Assembly: GCA_013239625.1 (NCBI GenBank)
Contig: MU054117.1
Coordinates: 3,524,677-3,588,676 of the forward strand
Direction: 5' to 3'
Length of the DNA: 64,000 bases
DNA from: Lama guanicoe
Taxonomy: Eukaryota
Shown: positions 16,700-29,076 of the stretch, one piece after another
How positions within the stretch are numbered: position 1 is the stretch's first letter
How the letters are laid out: each line of letters opens with the position of its first letter
Translations under genes and position numbers: made by a program
The notes under the pieces: generated by a model
Told to the model about the DNA's origin: nothing
Seen by the model: only the letters and a program-made list of their open reading frames with translations
The model's database searches: none

Positions 16700-17570
16700 T
16701 CGTCTCGGGGGTCCCCCACGAGCAGACTGGAGCTGGTGAGCACGCCAGGACAAGGGAGCAGCAAGAGCCAAGGCTCCGAGGACAGAGCGCGCTCGGCCGG
16801 ACAAGGAGCACATCCTCGGTTCTATTTCTCGTCTTCACGTCGGTCTCCGAGTCCCCGCCCCCTCCAGGCCCCCGGGCCCCTGTTTTCTCCCTGAGGAGCT
16901 TCCCGAGCCCAGGGGCCACGCCTTCTCGGCCCCGGCCTCTCCGGGGCGCCCCGGCTGACATCCTCAGGGAACCAGGAGCTGAGAGTCGGGGGGGCTGCGC
17001 CCGAGCAGCGCGCTTCCACCATTCTGCAGGCAAGCCCTCGAGTCGGTCACCAGCTCGCTCTGAACTTCAGGCTGCTCCACAGCAGGAGGTTATCTTCACG
17101 GTCCGCTGCAGACTTGGGAGTCCGACTCCAAGACTCCTTTCTTCCTATTCCCCCGCTTCCCAAGCCCCACCTCGGGCGCAACCTCCGACCCGCCCCTTCC
17201 TTCCCGGGCTCGCGCCTGCGCAGACGGCCCGGGACGATGACTTCTGACCCTGCGTGGAAGCCGTAGTCCGCCGAGCGCCGGCGGCGGGGGATTGTGGGAG
17301 AAGATGGCGGCCGCCGCTCGCCCCCGGGTCGTCCGGGCCCTGCCAATGTCACGTAAGTGTCAGCGGGAACGGCGGCCCCGGGTCGGGCTTCCGAGATGCG
17401 GAGCTGAGTTTCGGGAGCGGCTCCGTGCTGCAGCGGCCGCCTGACGCCCTGCGCACCCCGGCTCTCCTGGGCCCGGAGCGGCCTCTGTCCGGTTTCTCCT
17501 CTCCTCCTTTCCCCGGCTCGCATATTAAATTGTGCCCTTGGGAAGGGGTCTTCGCTGGGAGAACGTGAGC
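16700..17570. promoter_or_regulatory. CpG island / promoter between head-to-head AKAP3 and NDUFA9
   Basis: Dense CpG and GC. GC box CCGCCC ~17190, NRF-1-type CGCGCCTGCGCA 17211-17222, YY1-type AAGATGGCGG 17301-17310 overlapping the NDUFA9 ATG. Confidence 0.85.
17304..17352 (+). CDS. NDUFA9: NDUFA9 exon 1 (MAAAARPRVVRALPMS; mitochondrial presequence)
   Basis: Strong Kozak aagATGG; Arg/Ala-rich presequence with no acidic residues; donor C|GTAAGT. Confidence 0.95.
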
Positions 17571-18239
17571 AACACCACGAAAAGAGAAAAATGGGGGACA
17601 AGTAAAGGGTCGAGAGGGTTGTAAGGGCTTGGGGTTATAAGGAATATTTGGGGGGACGGAGGAGGAAGCTGAGAGGGCTGGAGAAAAGGATATTGGACAA
17701 AAAGTTCTTCGTGGATTGACTTTATGACCTTGTGACAACCTTTAATCGGTCTCAGCTTCGGATTCTGCGTATCACAGTGGAAGTGATAATACCACAACGC
17801 AGGGAGTTTCTGAGAAGATTAAATGAAGCGGTATTTATAAAAAACACTTCTCTAAGTCAGGAGCATCTTTGCAAATGTAGAGCGTGTTCTGTGGAGGCGT
17901 TGGGACCTGGGGAACCAAGGGTGCTCCGGGGTGGGATGGGGGGAGGGAGAAGAACCAGGAGACTGGTGGAAAGAAAAGGAAGAAGAATAAGGGAATATCG
18001 TAGGATTTGTCTAAGTGTAGTTTATTTTCCCTTCTGTTCTGATTGGATCTGCTATGGTGCTCAAATTGAAAAAAACAGGTTGCTCCTCCACTCATTAAGA
18101 GAGAGGCTAGAAAAGCAGGGAAATTGGGAATGCAGTTATTACACTCCATCATCATTCTTTCACCCTCTTCTCCTTTACAAGCATACCCCCCATCAGTCTC
18201 CAAAAATTGTATTTTTTCCATAGTGTATTTTAGTCATTA

Positions 18240-18425
18240 CAGAATGTCATTTGCTCTCAAAATTAGCCACATATCAGAATCATTCTTAGAGCTTTATAAA
18301 ACTTAGAAATGGGGACTCATTTCAGGGCTATTGAATCAGAATTTTTGAGACTGGATCCTTGCACCTTAAATTTTAAAAAGCTCCACAAGTAGTTCTGATA
18401 TTCAGCCTGAGGTGAGAGTCGGGGG
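18240..18425. mobile_element. MER5-family hAT MITE
   Basis: ctctcaaaattagc…atcagaatca…attgaatcagaattt…ttttaaaaagctccacaagtagttctgat. Confidence 0.6.
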
Positions 18426-20299
18426 TACTTGGAGGATCCTTTTTAATTTTCCGTCTTGGATAGAGCGCCTGCAGGCCACTGGGAAGGTGCTTGGTGCATA
18501 TCCATTTATAATAGATGGTTTTGTAGCCACGACTTCTTTGCAAAGACATTTGCTGGTTCTTGTTAAACTGTTACATTGGTGTCACCTAACGTAGGTTGTG
18601 AATGATAATACCTGCTGTTGATTGAGTACCTGCTCCCTGCTAACCACAGTTCTAGATATTTTCATACTTTTTTTCCTTTAACTCACTTTTTTTTCCTTAA
18701 CTGACACCATAGCTCGTGCACTTAACCACTCTGCTTTATTGTAAAGGAAGCCTTTGAGTAAGGTCTGCAGAGGCAAGTCTAGTGTGTAACAAAACACTAT
18801 AAAACAGAACTGTGTGAAACATATATGGTGAAATGTGGAGAGACTGAGTTACATAGGAATTCAGAAAAGGGAAAGACTAGATCCTTTAAAGTAGGGAGGG
18901 AGGTGTGAAAGACCAGTGGAGAATTACAGCACTTCCACTGATTTTTTTTTAAAGGGTTATTATAATCTGGAAAGTCAGAGAGGCTGGACGTTTTCCTGGC
19001 ACTGGCAAGGACAAGGGGATGAGAATGGAGGCGGGAAGTTCTTAGGAAGCAGTGAAATGACTACCTGCAGATCTGGAATAGTAGGAAAGGAGGTCGAATA
19101 AGGTAAATGGGATCAAATAATGGAGGCCTTTGAGAGGCAGGCAGGATTTAGACCAGTGGTCTTGAAAGTGGGTTTTACAAGAGGAACCAATGGTGTATAA
19201 AAAATCAGTATTAGAACTTAAAGAAAAAAACCAGTTTTCTGTAATAGTAACAATGGCTAATACATAGTTCAAACTATAGACCAGACAACTGTTGTGAGTG
19301 CTTTAATGTGTGTTGCACATGACATTGGTATTAATGGAATATGTATGTAATTTACAAATAAATACTATAAAAACCCTAACGCAGTGTGCAAGCACATATG
19401 TTTGGAGACTGTTGGTTTGAATATTACAGCAAGAGACCAGTGTAGGTTTTTGAGCACAGGAATATAATGAATAAAGAATATTACTCTCCTAATGGTGTTC
19501 ATAATAAATGGAAGTAAGTGGAGAGCCTGGAGCCAAAGAGAGTAATAACTTATATTTACTGAGGACGTACCATGTGCAAGGCACTGTGACAGGTGCTTAC
19601 CTATTTATTACTGATTTTCATAACCCTCTAAAATGTAAGCTCCTTGAGGCCAGGGGCTTTGTCTTTTTACTATGCTGCTCACAGTTTCTAGAATAGTGCC
19701 TGGCTCGTAATTGTTGAAAAAACAAATAACCGTGGGAGGTCAGTGTAACTACCTTCTGAGGAGTTTTGAAGTAATAACAGGAAAGCAACTAGTCCTCATG
19801 GGGTGCTTCATGTGTGCTGGGCAACGTGCTAAATGCTTTACGCACATTTACTCTCTTCCTCACAACAGTCCTTGGAGTTGTTCAGACCTGGACTCCAGTA
19901 ATTCTTCCCATTTCATTTACTCTGTCGTTTATCCTGTGCCCTGACTTCCTTACTCATCATTCTAATCATCCCCTTTCATACATTCTCGACTCCCCAGCCC
20001 TTATCCCTTTGTCATAAAAAAATCAGTGCTGATTAAACCTGGCTTTCCACGTATTTCCTGCCTGCCCCGGGCCGTGGAGAGCTGAGCTAAGGAAAACTCC
20101 AAACTAACTGACTGTCCTTATTTTAAATTCATGAATACGGATCTCAGGTAGACTGTCAGCAGGACATTTTCCTAGGAAATTTGCTTTCCCTTTCTCCGTG
20201 TGGTTATTTAACATTGCCAGTCTCCTACGACTTCTGACATGAGCTTCTGCCTCGTTCTCAGCGTTACAGAGACTCAAAGGAATTGGATGGGAAGAGTCT

Positions 20300-20900
20300 T
20301 TTCCCACCATAAAAATCTGCTGGCTGAGCTGGGGTGACTGTGATTCCCCGCTTTCCCTCTTTCAGTGGGTGAGCTCCTCCGGCTCTGAGCTAAGGCCAGT
20401 TCCCTCACTTGGCGTTCCATCCCATCCTCCCTTACCTCGTCATTCCCACTTCTGAATCATCATAATTAACCCTCTATGGGGTCGTTTCCACCAGCCTATA
20501 AATATAAATATCGCACGTAAAAAAACCCATCCTGGTCCTCCTGTTCCTCTCGTCCCCTTTTTCTTTGTTCCTTTACCTCATATCACCTGAGAAGAATTTC
20601 CTATACTCCTCTTCTGTGCCCCCTGCCTCCCCCTCCCTCTTTTGTCTGCTGTAGTCAGCCATTCGCTCTCCTGCTGCAGTGAAACTGGTCCAGGACGTTC
20701 ACAGCCAACATTGTCTAGGTCCTCGGGGCCTCTGCCCTCCTCCTACTTCCTTTTTCAGCAGTGTCTGATCAAGGTCACTGCTCTCTCCATCAGTCACTTT
20801 CTTCATTTGGCTTCTTGGGCACCATTCTCTCTTGTTTTCTCTCTTACTTCCCTGGGCTGCTTGTCAGTCTCCTTTGCTGGCTCTTTGGGCTGGTCACATC
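20300..20900 (+). mobile_element. LINE-2 fragment
   Basis: Pyrimidine-rich L2-type sequence (ctctcctgctgcagtgaaactg…ctttcttcatttggcttc…tcagtctcctttgctgg). Confidence 0.6.
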
Positions 20901-21901
20901 ACCTCTCTGAGCCTTAGTTGCCTCATCTGTAAAGTGGCATTGAAGATAGCATTAAATGAGATAGTACCTATTAAGCGCTAAGAAAGATGCCAGGTGCCTT
21001 TGTAAGTTTAGCTGTTACTTATATGTTGTTTTGTTTTTATTTTGTGTCTAATCTGTGATGTTTGTTTTCAATCTTTGGTTTCAGTAACGATTTGGTAAAC
21101 TAGGCTTTTCATCCACTTCCACACTTTTGGAAAGGGGAAAACAATGGTTTTGGGTAGAGTGCCCCTGGAAAGTCATCCCTAGAAAACAGACGCAGACTTA
21201 CTTTCTGAGTTACTTGCTTACCTACTTTTGATGATTTTCAGGAGTTTTGTATTAAGTCTGAACTGCACTCTTTTAAAAAAAAGTAATCTCTTACCTCTGC
21301 CTCCAATCCATGTCATCAGTTTTATTTTTCATTCATCATCAGTGTCAGAGTCTGTTCCAGGGAAGTCGTTTGCTGTTCCCTGCACTGGGCTTATTCCCAC
21401 CTCTGCATTGTTAGATGTAGCACATGTTCCACGTGGAAATCGATCTTTTCTGTTAATACTCTTTCAAACCTTTCTCAACACACCTTATTCAGGATTCTGT
21501 CCTCATGATTTTCTAACCTGTTGCTCCTTTACTTTGCGTTGTCTCCATTCCTTTCATGTTGAAGTTTATACTCTCGACATTTGTAACTTATTATTATTTT
21601 TCTTAACATGATTTGTCTTTCTAGGTAAACTGTATCCTATAGGGCAAGGAGTTTACTTTCTAATTTTTATACATTTCCTTATGTCCTATTGATTCTTTGT
21701 TGCAGTAATTTGTATTTATTGTTGCTGTTGGCATTTAAATGGTAACTTTTAACTTAAAAGTTGTATTTAAACTGTAATCTAAGTAAATGAAAATACTGTA
21801 GGAAAATAATGTTACATCTCTAGGAAGAGAAGCTATTTGTATTCACAGTCACTTGTATATTAACATTTGCCATCTTTGTATGTTCTGGGCTTTTCTCGCA
21901 G

Positions 21902-22072
21902 GTCCTTCGATCACTGCAGTAGCCACATGTGTGTTTAGCAGCCCCCCTGGGCGCCGGCTCCATCATGCAGTCACACCTCATGGGAAGGGTGGCCGTTCCT
22001 CAGTCAGTGGGATCGTGGCCACTGTGTTTGGAGCCACAGGATACCTGGGCCGCTATGTCGTCAACCACCTCG
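21902..22072 (+). CDS. NDUFA9: NDUFA9 exon 2 (…[30 protein letters not shown])
   Basis: Rossmann GxxGxxG motif; AG/GT boundaries; 171 nt in phase. Confidence 0.97.
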
Positions 22073-22435
22073 GTGGGTAGAGTTCCCTGAATTTGGAGCC
22101 TCCAGTGCCATTTATTATGGTAGCCTAATGAGAAGCCTTAAGCTGTGTTTCTTTTCATTTTAACGGTATTATGAATTGCTCTCCTCTTGGGTTTGTGTAA
22201 TTTTGGCCTGCTGTACACTGTGAGCATGCCCGTGTTTCCTGTAAGGGCACTGACACAGGTATAGGGGACCCTGAAAAGTTATGGCATCTCTAGCTGGGCA
22301 AAGTGTGTTTTCTGCTAAACATTCAAAATGCGATTCACGTGTCATGCTAGAATTTAAATATTTACCAAATCACAGTCACATAGCATATCCACGCTGTGTT
22401 AACATTGATCCTTGCTTCAATCCATTCCTTTCTAG

Positions 22436-22533
22436 GACGCATGGGGTCACAGGTGGTTGTACCTTACCGGTGTGAGCCATATGATACCATGCACCTTCGT
22501 CCCATGGGCGACCTGGGCCAGATTCTCTTTCTG
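22436..22533 (+). CDS. NDUFA9: NDUFA9 exon 3 ([33 protein letters not shown])
   Basis: ctAG|GA and CTG|GTAAGA boundaries; 98 nt in phase. Confidence 0.97.
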
Positions 22534-22674
22534 GTAAGAGCTGGTGTTACTGATTCTGGAGTTGACAAGTGTAACTTACTAAGTTCGGTTTTTGGAGAGG
22601 GCGGAGTACAATAAAGCCGCGGTTTCCTCCCAGAGCGCACCACGGGCATCCCCCGCTCACGGGCCGTCCATGTA

Positions 22675-22902
22675 AACGCCAGTCAGCGGCTGGCGGACTT
22701 TCCTGTAAGGGCCGGGTAGGAAGTGTCTGAGGCTCTGCAGGCCGTGGGGGCCTTGTCGTGGTCACTCAGCGCTGCCCCGCAGCCTAGAAGCAGCCGTAGG
22801 CAATATATAAACGGATGGGAGCAGCTGTGTGCTAATACAGCTTTTATTTACAAAGGTAGATCGCAGGCTAGAGTTGCCTGTGGGTCACAGTTCGCCAGCC
22901 CC
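22675..22902. mobile_element. MER58-like hAT MITE
   Basis: cagcggctggcggactttcctgtaagggcc…ctttatttacaaa…cacagttcgccagcccc termini. Confidence 0.7.
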
Positions 22903-22904
22903 AG

Positions 22905-23225
22905 CGCTAGACCTGTGCTGCCTGGTAGCCACCAGCCACACGTGGCTCTCGGGCACTTGAAGTGAGGCTGGTCTGAACTGAGGTGTGCTGTGTCATATAC
23001 ATACCGCAGTTCCAAGACTTAGTGCAAAGAAAACGACATTCAGCATAGCGTTAATGAGTTTTTACATTTATTACCTATTGAGACAGTGTTTTGGATATAG
23101 TGGCTTAAAGACAGTGTATTATTAAAGTGAAATTCACCTGTTTCTTTTTATTCTTTCAAACGTGGCTGAGAGAAGATTCAGATTGACGTATGTGCCTCGT
23201 GTGGTGTTTCTGTGGTTCAGTGCCT
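22905..23225. mobile_element. MER33/MER3-like hAT element
   Basis: gtagccaccagccacacgtggct…cacttgaagtg…aattcacctgtttcttttta…aaacgtggct. Confidence 0.7.
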
Positions 23226-23904
23226 CCGCAGACAGGACCGCACAGAGGGTGGTGTCTGACTTGGCTGGCTTGGCGTAGCCTTGACGTGGAATTGTCCTTC
23301 CTGAGTGTTCACTGGTGTTAGCCTCGAACCGCAGGTTCTTCCTCTGGATGGGGGGGCCTGCGGTGGGGGAGCCTTCGGGGAGTGATTGAAAGGTGTGGGC
23401 CCTTTTGGCTGTCACCGTGACCGGAGACCACACAGGTGTACCGCGTAGGGGCCGGGGTGCCGAGTGGCCTGCAGGGCGGCCCCTTTCCACGGAGGGTTCC
23501 GCTGCCCCGGAGCCGCGCTTCCCCACCGAGGGGCGCGCCGGGCGCCGCGCGCGGGTCTGCCCTGCCCCTGGCTGACTTCTCTGACTCTCGTCGGCCCGCG
23601 TGGGCCTGAGCTCTCCGCTGACACACTGCCCTCTTCTGAAAAATGTCTGTGAACATCCTCACCATCTCCATCGTGTTCATGCGCATTATTTGCAGTCTCT
23701 TTAATTTTGACCTATTTTTAACGGCATTTTCACTTGTTTTCTACTGAAGGTTCCCCAGCTAAGTACTATATTTATATTGGAAATCTCTTGTTTCTAGCGT
23801 GTTTTTCTTTCCCAGGCTCTTACTCCCCACAAGCTGCCTGGTGCTACAGTTAGAGGGCTTGCCTTTTCCTAGTCCTTTGTGCCTTACGTTGTTGGCCACC
23901 TAGT

Positions 23905-24045
23905 CTTTTTTTTTTTCCCAGATTTTTAATTTTTTCAGGAGGGGGAGATAATTAGGTTTATTTTATTTGTTTGGTTTTAAAGGAGGCACTGGGGGTTGAC
24001 CCAGGGGCCTCGTGCGTGCTGGGCACGTGCTCTGTACTGCGCCGA
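23905..24045 (-). mobile_element. tRNA-derived SINE resembling camelid Vic-1
   Basis: ggggagataattaggtttattt…ggaggcactgggggttgacccaggggcctcgtgcgtgctgggcacgtgctct reads as a reversed tRNA head (B-box) plus the aaacctaattatctcccc 3' segment. Family assignment from memory. Confidence 0.7.
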
Positions 24046-24629
24046 CGTGGTAGGCAGGTCGCTTCCCTCTGAGTGTTGTTTTCATGTCCTTAAAGTAGAA
24101 ACGACTAGATCCGGGATTATAAAGAGTGAAGAGTTACAAAGAAATAAGAAAGTAACTATGAATGTTCCCAATTTAATCTCAGCCTCTAAGAGACCCTCCC
24201 CTTATCTTCAGTCTAACTGGTTGCTGCTGAAAAGGGAAAGTGGTTTTACCTCCCAGGCGATCCTTGGGCCTTTGGCTGTGTTTCCTCCAGGAAGGACTTC
24301 ATCACTAGATTCCTTTACGGACTTTGGCGGTAGTTGGCTGAACAAAAATTGCTCTGCCCCAGGAAACTGTGTCTTTCCTAATTCTGTCGTTTGATTACTT
24401 GAATAAAATGTGCTTTGACCTCTTTGTCTCCAGAAGCAGCAGAGAATCAGCAGGGCAACTGAGACTCAGGGTCATTTCTGTCGTAACCAGTGGACCTGGT
24501 CCAGACGGTGCCACGTTGTTCCGCCAACAGCGGTTGGCCTGTTTGGAACCTTGCTGGGGTGGGCCCGCAGTCGCGCTTCGTGCCGGGTGCCCCCCTATGT
24601 TCTCCCGTGACCGGCTGCTGCTGTTGCAG

Positions 24630-24721
24630 GAGTGGGACGGGAGAGACAAGGATTCTATCCGCAGAGCCGTGGAGCACAGCAACGTGGTCATCAACCTTGT
24701 GGGGCGAGAATGGGAAACCAG
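24630..24721 (+). CDS. NDUFA9: NDUFA9 exon 4 ([30 protein letters not shown])
   Basis: gcAG|GAG and AG|GTACGT boundaries; 92 nt. Confidence 0.97.
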
Positions 24722-25796
24722 GTACGTCTTGGACTCTCGTTTCCTCTTTGCAAAGCAGCCTTAGGCTTCAGTAGACATTGATTGGGCATGTAAAGGATTG
24801 TACTTGAGACATTTTCAGTTAGGTCCATCAGTGAGTGTTGATTGAACAACCTTTTCACACCCAGTGACCACGCTGCCCCCGCAGCCCCCTTCCAGCCAAG
24901 GATTTAGTTGGCAGCGAGTCTAGTAAGAGCGAGCAGTGTGACGTGCTGTGCGTGGAAAGCCGGTGTGGTGGTGTCGTCGTGTTTTTGGGGCCGCCGTTGT
25001 GGCCCTGTGCTTGGGTGTGTCGGGCTGGGATGGGTTACGGAGCAGGGTTTTGCCTGTTCTCCTGACCAGCAAGCTGAACGTTGCCTTTCCTCATGTGGAC
25101 AGTGTCCTAGATCTGTTCACATTGTTAATCAAAGATGGCGTGAGGACCGATCTGAGCAGTTCTTTTTAGTCCTTGTGAGGGTCATTTATCAACAAATGAT
25201 GCTTTAATCCTGTGGTTCCACAGCCCTGTGTTCACACCTCTTTCTGAGGTTTTAGGGAAGTTTGACTTAGATTTATTCAGCTGTGTCTGCCGCATCCCAC
25301 ACTTTTAAGTTCTTTGATGACTTGGAGAGTCTAATCCAACTTCATATCCCCTGTGACGACTGCCACGGTGCTTTGCACAGAGCTGGCATTTAGTTTGTGA
25401 TGTTGGAGTAAATTGGTGACTGAGGTATTTCTTAGTTTCCTTTTTTCCCCCGAGGGAAATGAAGGCCCGGGGTAAGAGGTGATTCCACTTCCTGCGCCCA
25501 ACGCTTCCCCATCCCCACCCAGCCAGTGCAGCCAGAGGTTTTTAGAGGTCCTCGGCCTTGAGGGCAGAGACCAGTATACATGCTGATCTGTAACTTGGAG
25601 TAAGCCTTAAATTATATACGGTGATGACAGTGAGCAGAGCCTGTAAAATTTTTTAAAAACCTATTGGTGTGACTTTGGGTTAAATAATTGCTATTTAGAA
25701 GTAATACTTATGAATTCCAGCAATGGTGCGAAAAGCAGCTCATCACAAAAAGCTTTGAAATCCCGAATCTGAACTGATCCCTGTTTTTTCTTCCAG

Positions 25797-25938
25797 AAAC
25801 TTTGATTTTGAGGATGTTTTTGTGAAGATTCCCCAAGCAATTGCTCAAGTGTCCAAGGAAGCTGGAGTTGAAAGACTGATTCACGTGTCGCACCTGAATG
25901 CTGATATCAAAAGCCCTTCGAGGTATCTGAGGTCTAAG
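25797..25938 (+). CDS. NDUFA9: NDUFA9 exon 5 ([47 protein letters not shown])
   Basis: ttccAG acceptor, AAG|GTAAGT donor; 142 nt; carries the SDR YxxxK motif (YLRSK). Confidence 0.97.
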
Positions 25939-26949
25939 GTAAGTAGCAGGGAAGTCCGGGGGCTCATAGAGCTGGAGTTTCTTGGCCCCTTTGAAACATG
26001 AGCTAAAAGATTTCTCATTGACATTTCCAGAATTAAAGGGGACTCTAATTCTCCATATCCAGAATGTGATGTGTGTGTGTGTGGTGACGGGAATTCATTG
26101 TGACACCAATTTGTGATTTTTATGCACTGCTTTTCCCCCAGCTCTGAAGGCCACAGGGGCGTGCGGCTTAACGGGGAGGCTTGTGGGCTCCTTCCAGGCC
26201 GTGGATTGCACTGGTGGGCGGGGTAAAGGGCCGAGGGACAGGCGGTCTGCCGCACGGGTGAGGGAGTGATGGAAAGGTTGGGCCGCGGAGTCTCCTCTGA
26301 GGCAGGGGCTTAGGCGGGGCTGGTGTGCAGGAAGGCAGAGCAGAGGAGTGGAGAGCACAGGCTGGAGCACAGGGGGCGTCTCTGGCTGTCTTCGCTTAGG
26401 GTTCCGAAGCCGGCCACTGTGGGCGGTTCTGGTCTGCGGCCTGGCCAAACTGAGAGTGGCAGGAGTGGGGTGAAGGCGAGGTCACCGGAGTTGACAAGCT
26501 CAAGAAACTGAGGTCCGTGTCCCCTGGGGCACTGATGTCACCCCAAGCGGGGGCACAGGAGTGGGAAGGCTGACCCGGGTGCTGATACCTGCACTGGTGA
26601 GAGGCCCTGTCTCGGGAGGGAGCGGAGGATGACGGGGAGGGTGTTGCAGCAGTTAGATGAGGGAGAGGCTGGCCCGTCCCTGGCTCCTCTGGCTGGGGGT
26701 GCAGGCTGCCACCTCCATGCTGTAGCCGGCCCCCATGCCCTCCTTCCCCGGGCAGGCTGCTACATGTGGACTCCAGCCAGGGAACCTGGGACTGGGAGGG
26801 AAGAGCGAGGCTGGGAAAGGGAAAGTCCTGCTGATCTTCCTCCTTCCTTCTTCTGCAGAAGCTCCCCTAGAGTAAATGTGGGACGACACCGGCAGGAGCT
26901 ATAATACGCAGGGCATTTTTCTGTGTTATTTTCTCTCTAAATTCTGTGG

Positions 26950-27385
26950 ACACTAGTCCCCCCACCTTACTGCAGGGGTGCCTTCCGGGACCCCCAGTGG
27001 ATGCCTGAAGCCGAGGGAGTACCAGATCCTGTATATGCTGTGTTTTCCCCAGACGTGCGCACCTGTGATAAGGTTTAGTTTACAAGTTACATAGTAAGAG
27101 ATTAACAACAACGCTAGTAAAGTAGAAGTTGTAGCGACAGATGCAGTCGTGTGAACGTGGCCCTTCGCTCGCTCTCTCCCCCTCCCTCAAGATAACCTGT
27201 TGTTCTGTGCTCACCCATCTCGTGATGTCAGGATGCAAGGCCTGAGATTTCACGGCGCCACTCAGAACAGCACGCAGCTTAAAACTTAAGAACTGTTCAT
27301 TTCTGGAATTTTTCGTGGAATGGTTTTGGACTGCGGGTGGCTGAACCTGCGGGAAGTGAACCTGCGTATGCGGGGGCCGACGGTA
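26950..27385. mobile_element. Tigger2/MER2-group TcMar DNA transposon derivative
   Basis: tagtcccccaccttactgcagggg…ttccgggacccccagtggatgcctgaa at the left end; gaacctgcgtatgcgggggccgacggta at the right end (degenerate terminal inverted repeats). Confidence 0.7.
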
Positions 27386-27512
27386 ATGGTTATGAGTTAA
27401 CCTAACCTGGAGGGAGACAGGGCCTCTCAAGTTCAGGTCGGGTCCCGACAGGGGAAGGAATGGCCGCTTCGTTCCCTCCTCTCAGACTCTGCTGTTTTGG
27501 TTGTTTGCTCAG

Positions 27513-27615
27513 GCTGTTGGGGAGAAGGAAGTGAGAGCAGCCTTTCCAGAAGCCACCATCATAAAGCCATCGGACGCCTTTGGAAGAGAGGATAGATTCC
27601 TCAATTATTTTGCAA
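27513..27615 (+). CDS. NDUFA9: NDUFA9 exon 6 ([34 protein letters not shown])
   Basis: ctcAG|GCT and A|GTAGGT boundaries; 103 nt. Confidence 0.96.
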
Positions 27616-27919
27616 GTAGGTCTTCTTAGTGGGTGAAGGGGGCGCTGGTTAACCAGGCTGAAGCGAAGCACGAGCTCGCAGTGTTCTCTGACTTGATAGA
27701 CTGGGGTTATATTTTTTTTCTCCCCCAGTTGCCTTTTTTCTCCCCAAAGGTTATACCGGCCCAGTCACCTTGGTCCTTCTCCGGGTCTTTGTCACTCCTT
27801 ATCAAAAGAAGCAGCTTGGATGCCTGGGAAGAGCCGGCCTTGGGGCTGAGGGACTGTAACTGGGGCTGACTGGGTCTGGGACGGCAGGTCCACAAGCACC
27901 CTTACCTGCGGAAAGACTC

Positions 27920-28660
27920 TTGTTTCCCCACTGGACGGTCTTGGCACTTCGTCAGAAATTACTTGAGCAGATGCGCAGGGGTTTTCCTCTCAGCTTCATT
28001 CCGTCAGCCTCTGTCTGCCCTTGTGCTGCTCTTCTGATCACTGCACACTGATTTCTGTAGCTTTGTAGGAAATTTTGACATCAGAGAGTCTGGCACCTCC
28101 AACTCTTCTTTTTTAAGATTGTTTTGGCCACTTGGGGCCTCTTAAAATTCCGTTAAGAATTTTAGAAAGGAGTTTTCTATCTTTCTGCAAAAGCCACCGT
28201 AGGGGTCTTGATGGGGATCGCGTTAATCTGTAGCTTGCTCTCGGGAGTATTGACGTCTTAGCAGTGCTAAGTATTCCGGTCCATGAACACAGGGTGTCTT
28301 TCCGTTTTTGTGTGTGTCTTTTAAATTTTCTTTCAGCAATGCTTTGTAGTTTTCTGTGTGCAAGTCTTTAGCCAGTTTGGTCAAGTTTTTTCCTAAGTAT
28401 TTTATTGTCTTTGATGCTCTTATAAATAATTTCTACTTCTAGAAGTTTTTTTTTTCTATCTTTTTTTACCTTTATGTTTAGGCCACTTGGAATTTTGTTT
28501 TGGTTTATGGTGAGATGTGAGCCATTTCTTTCTTTCTTTGTTTTTTTTCCTTCAAATAGTAGAGTATTGAATATTTGTCTCAGCATCATATATTAAGTAG
28601 TACTTCTGTTTTCCACGTATTTGTGGTGCTGCATTCATCAGACACTAAATTCCCATTTTC
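27920..28660 (-). mobile_element. Old LINE-1 ORF2 fragments in NDUFA9 intron 6
   Basis: tgtagctttgtaggaaattttga…tccatgaacacagggtgtctttcc…ttcctaagtattttattgtctttgatgct, typical antisense L1M. Confidence 0.8.
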
Positions 28661-29008
28661 ACGGCATCTTTTTCTGAGTTACCTGCCTTGTACTGATGAC
28701 ACTGATTCCTGTGCTTCTCAGAACGGGTGTGGTCAGAGCCCAGTCTCGGGAGTGGCCACGCACCCCGCATTGCAGAGTAGAGGACAAGTAGCCAGGCCCT
28801 TGACCTCGTGTCCTTCAGTATCTGACCCTTTTACTTTCCGTGTTTGTTGCGTGAAGAACAAATGACTGCTCCCTGTGAGACCGTCCGCGCCCTCAGAGCC
28901 GGCTGCGCTTGTTGCATGGTTTCCGTCACACAGATTGGCGGTGCTGCCCCGGAGCTGGGTCCTGTGGCAGTTTGGACCCTCTAAGAATGGTTCTCTTTCT
29001 TCTGCCAG

Positions 29009-29076
29009 ATATTCGCTGGTTTGGCGGCGTCCCTCTCATCGCCCTGGGCAAGAAGACAGTGAAACAGCCCGTCTAT
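29009..29076 (+). CDS. NDUFA9: NDUFA9 exon 7 ([23 protein letters not shown])
   Basis: gccAG acceptor, TAT|GTAAGT donor; 68 nt. Confidence 0.96.
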
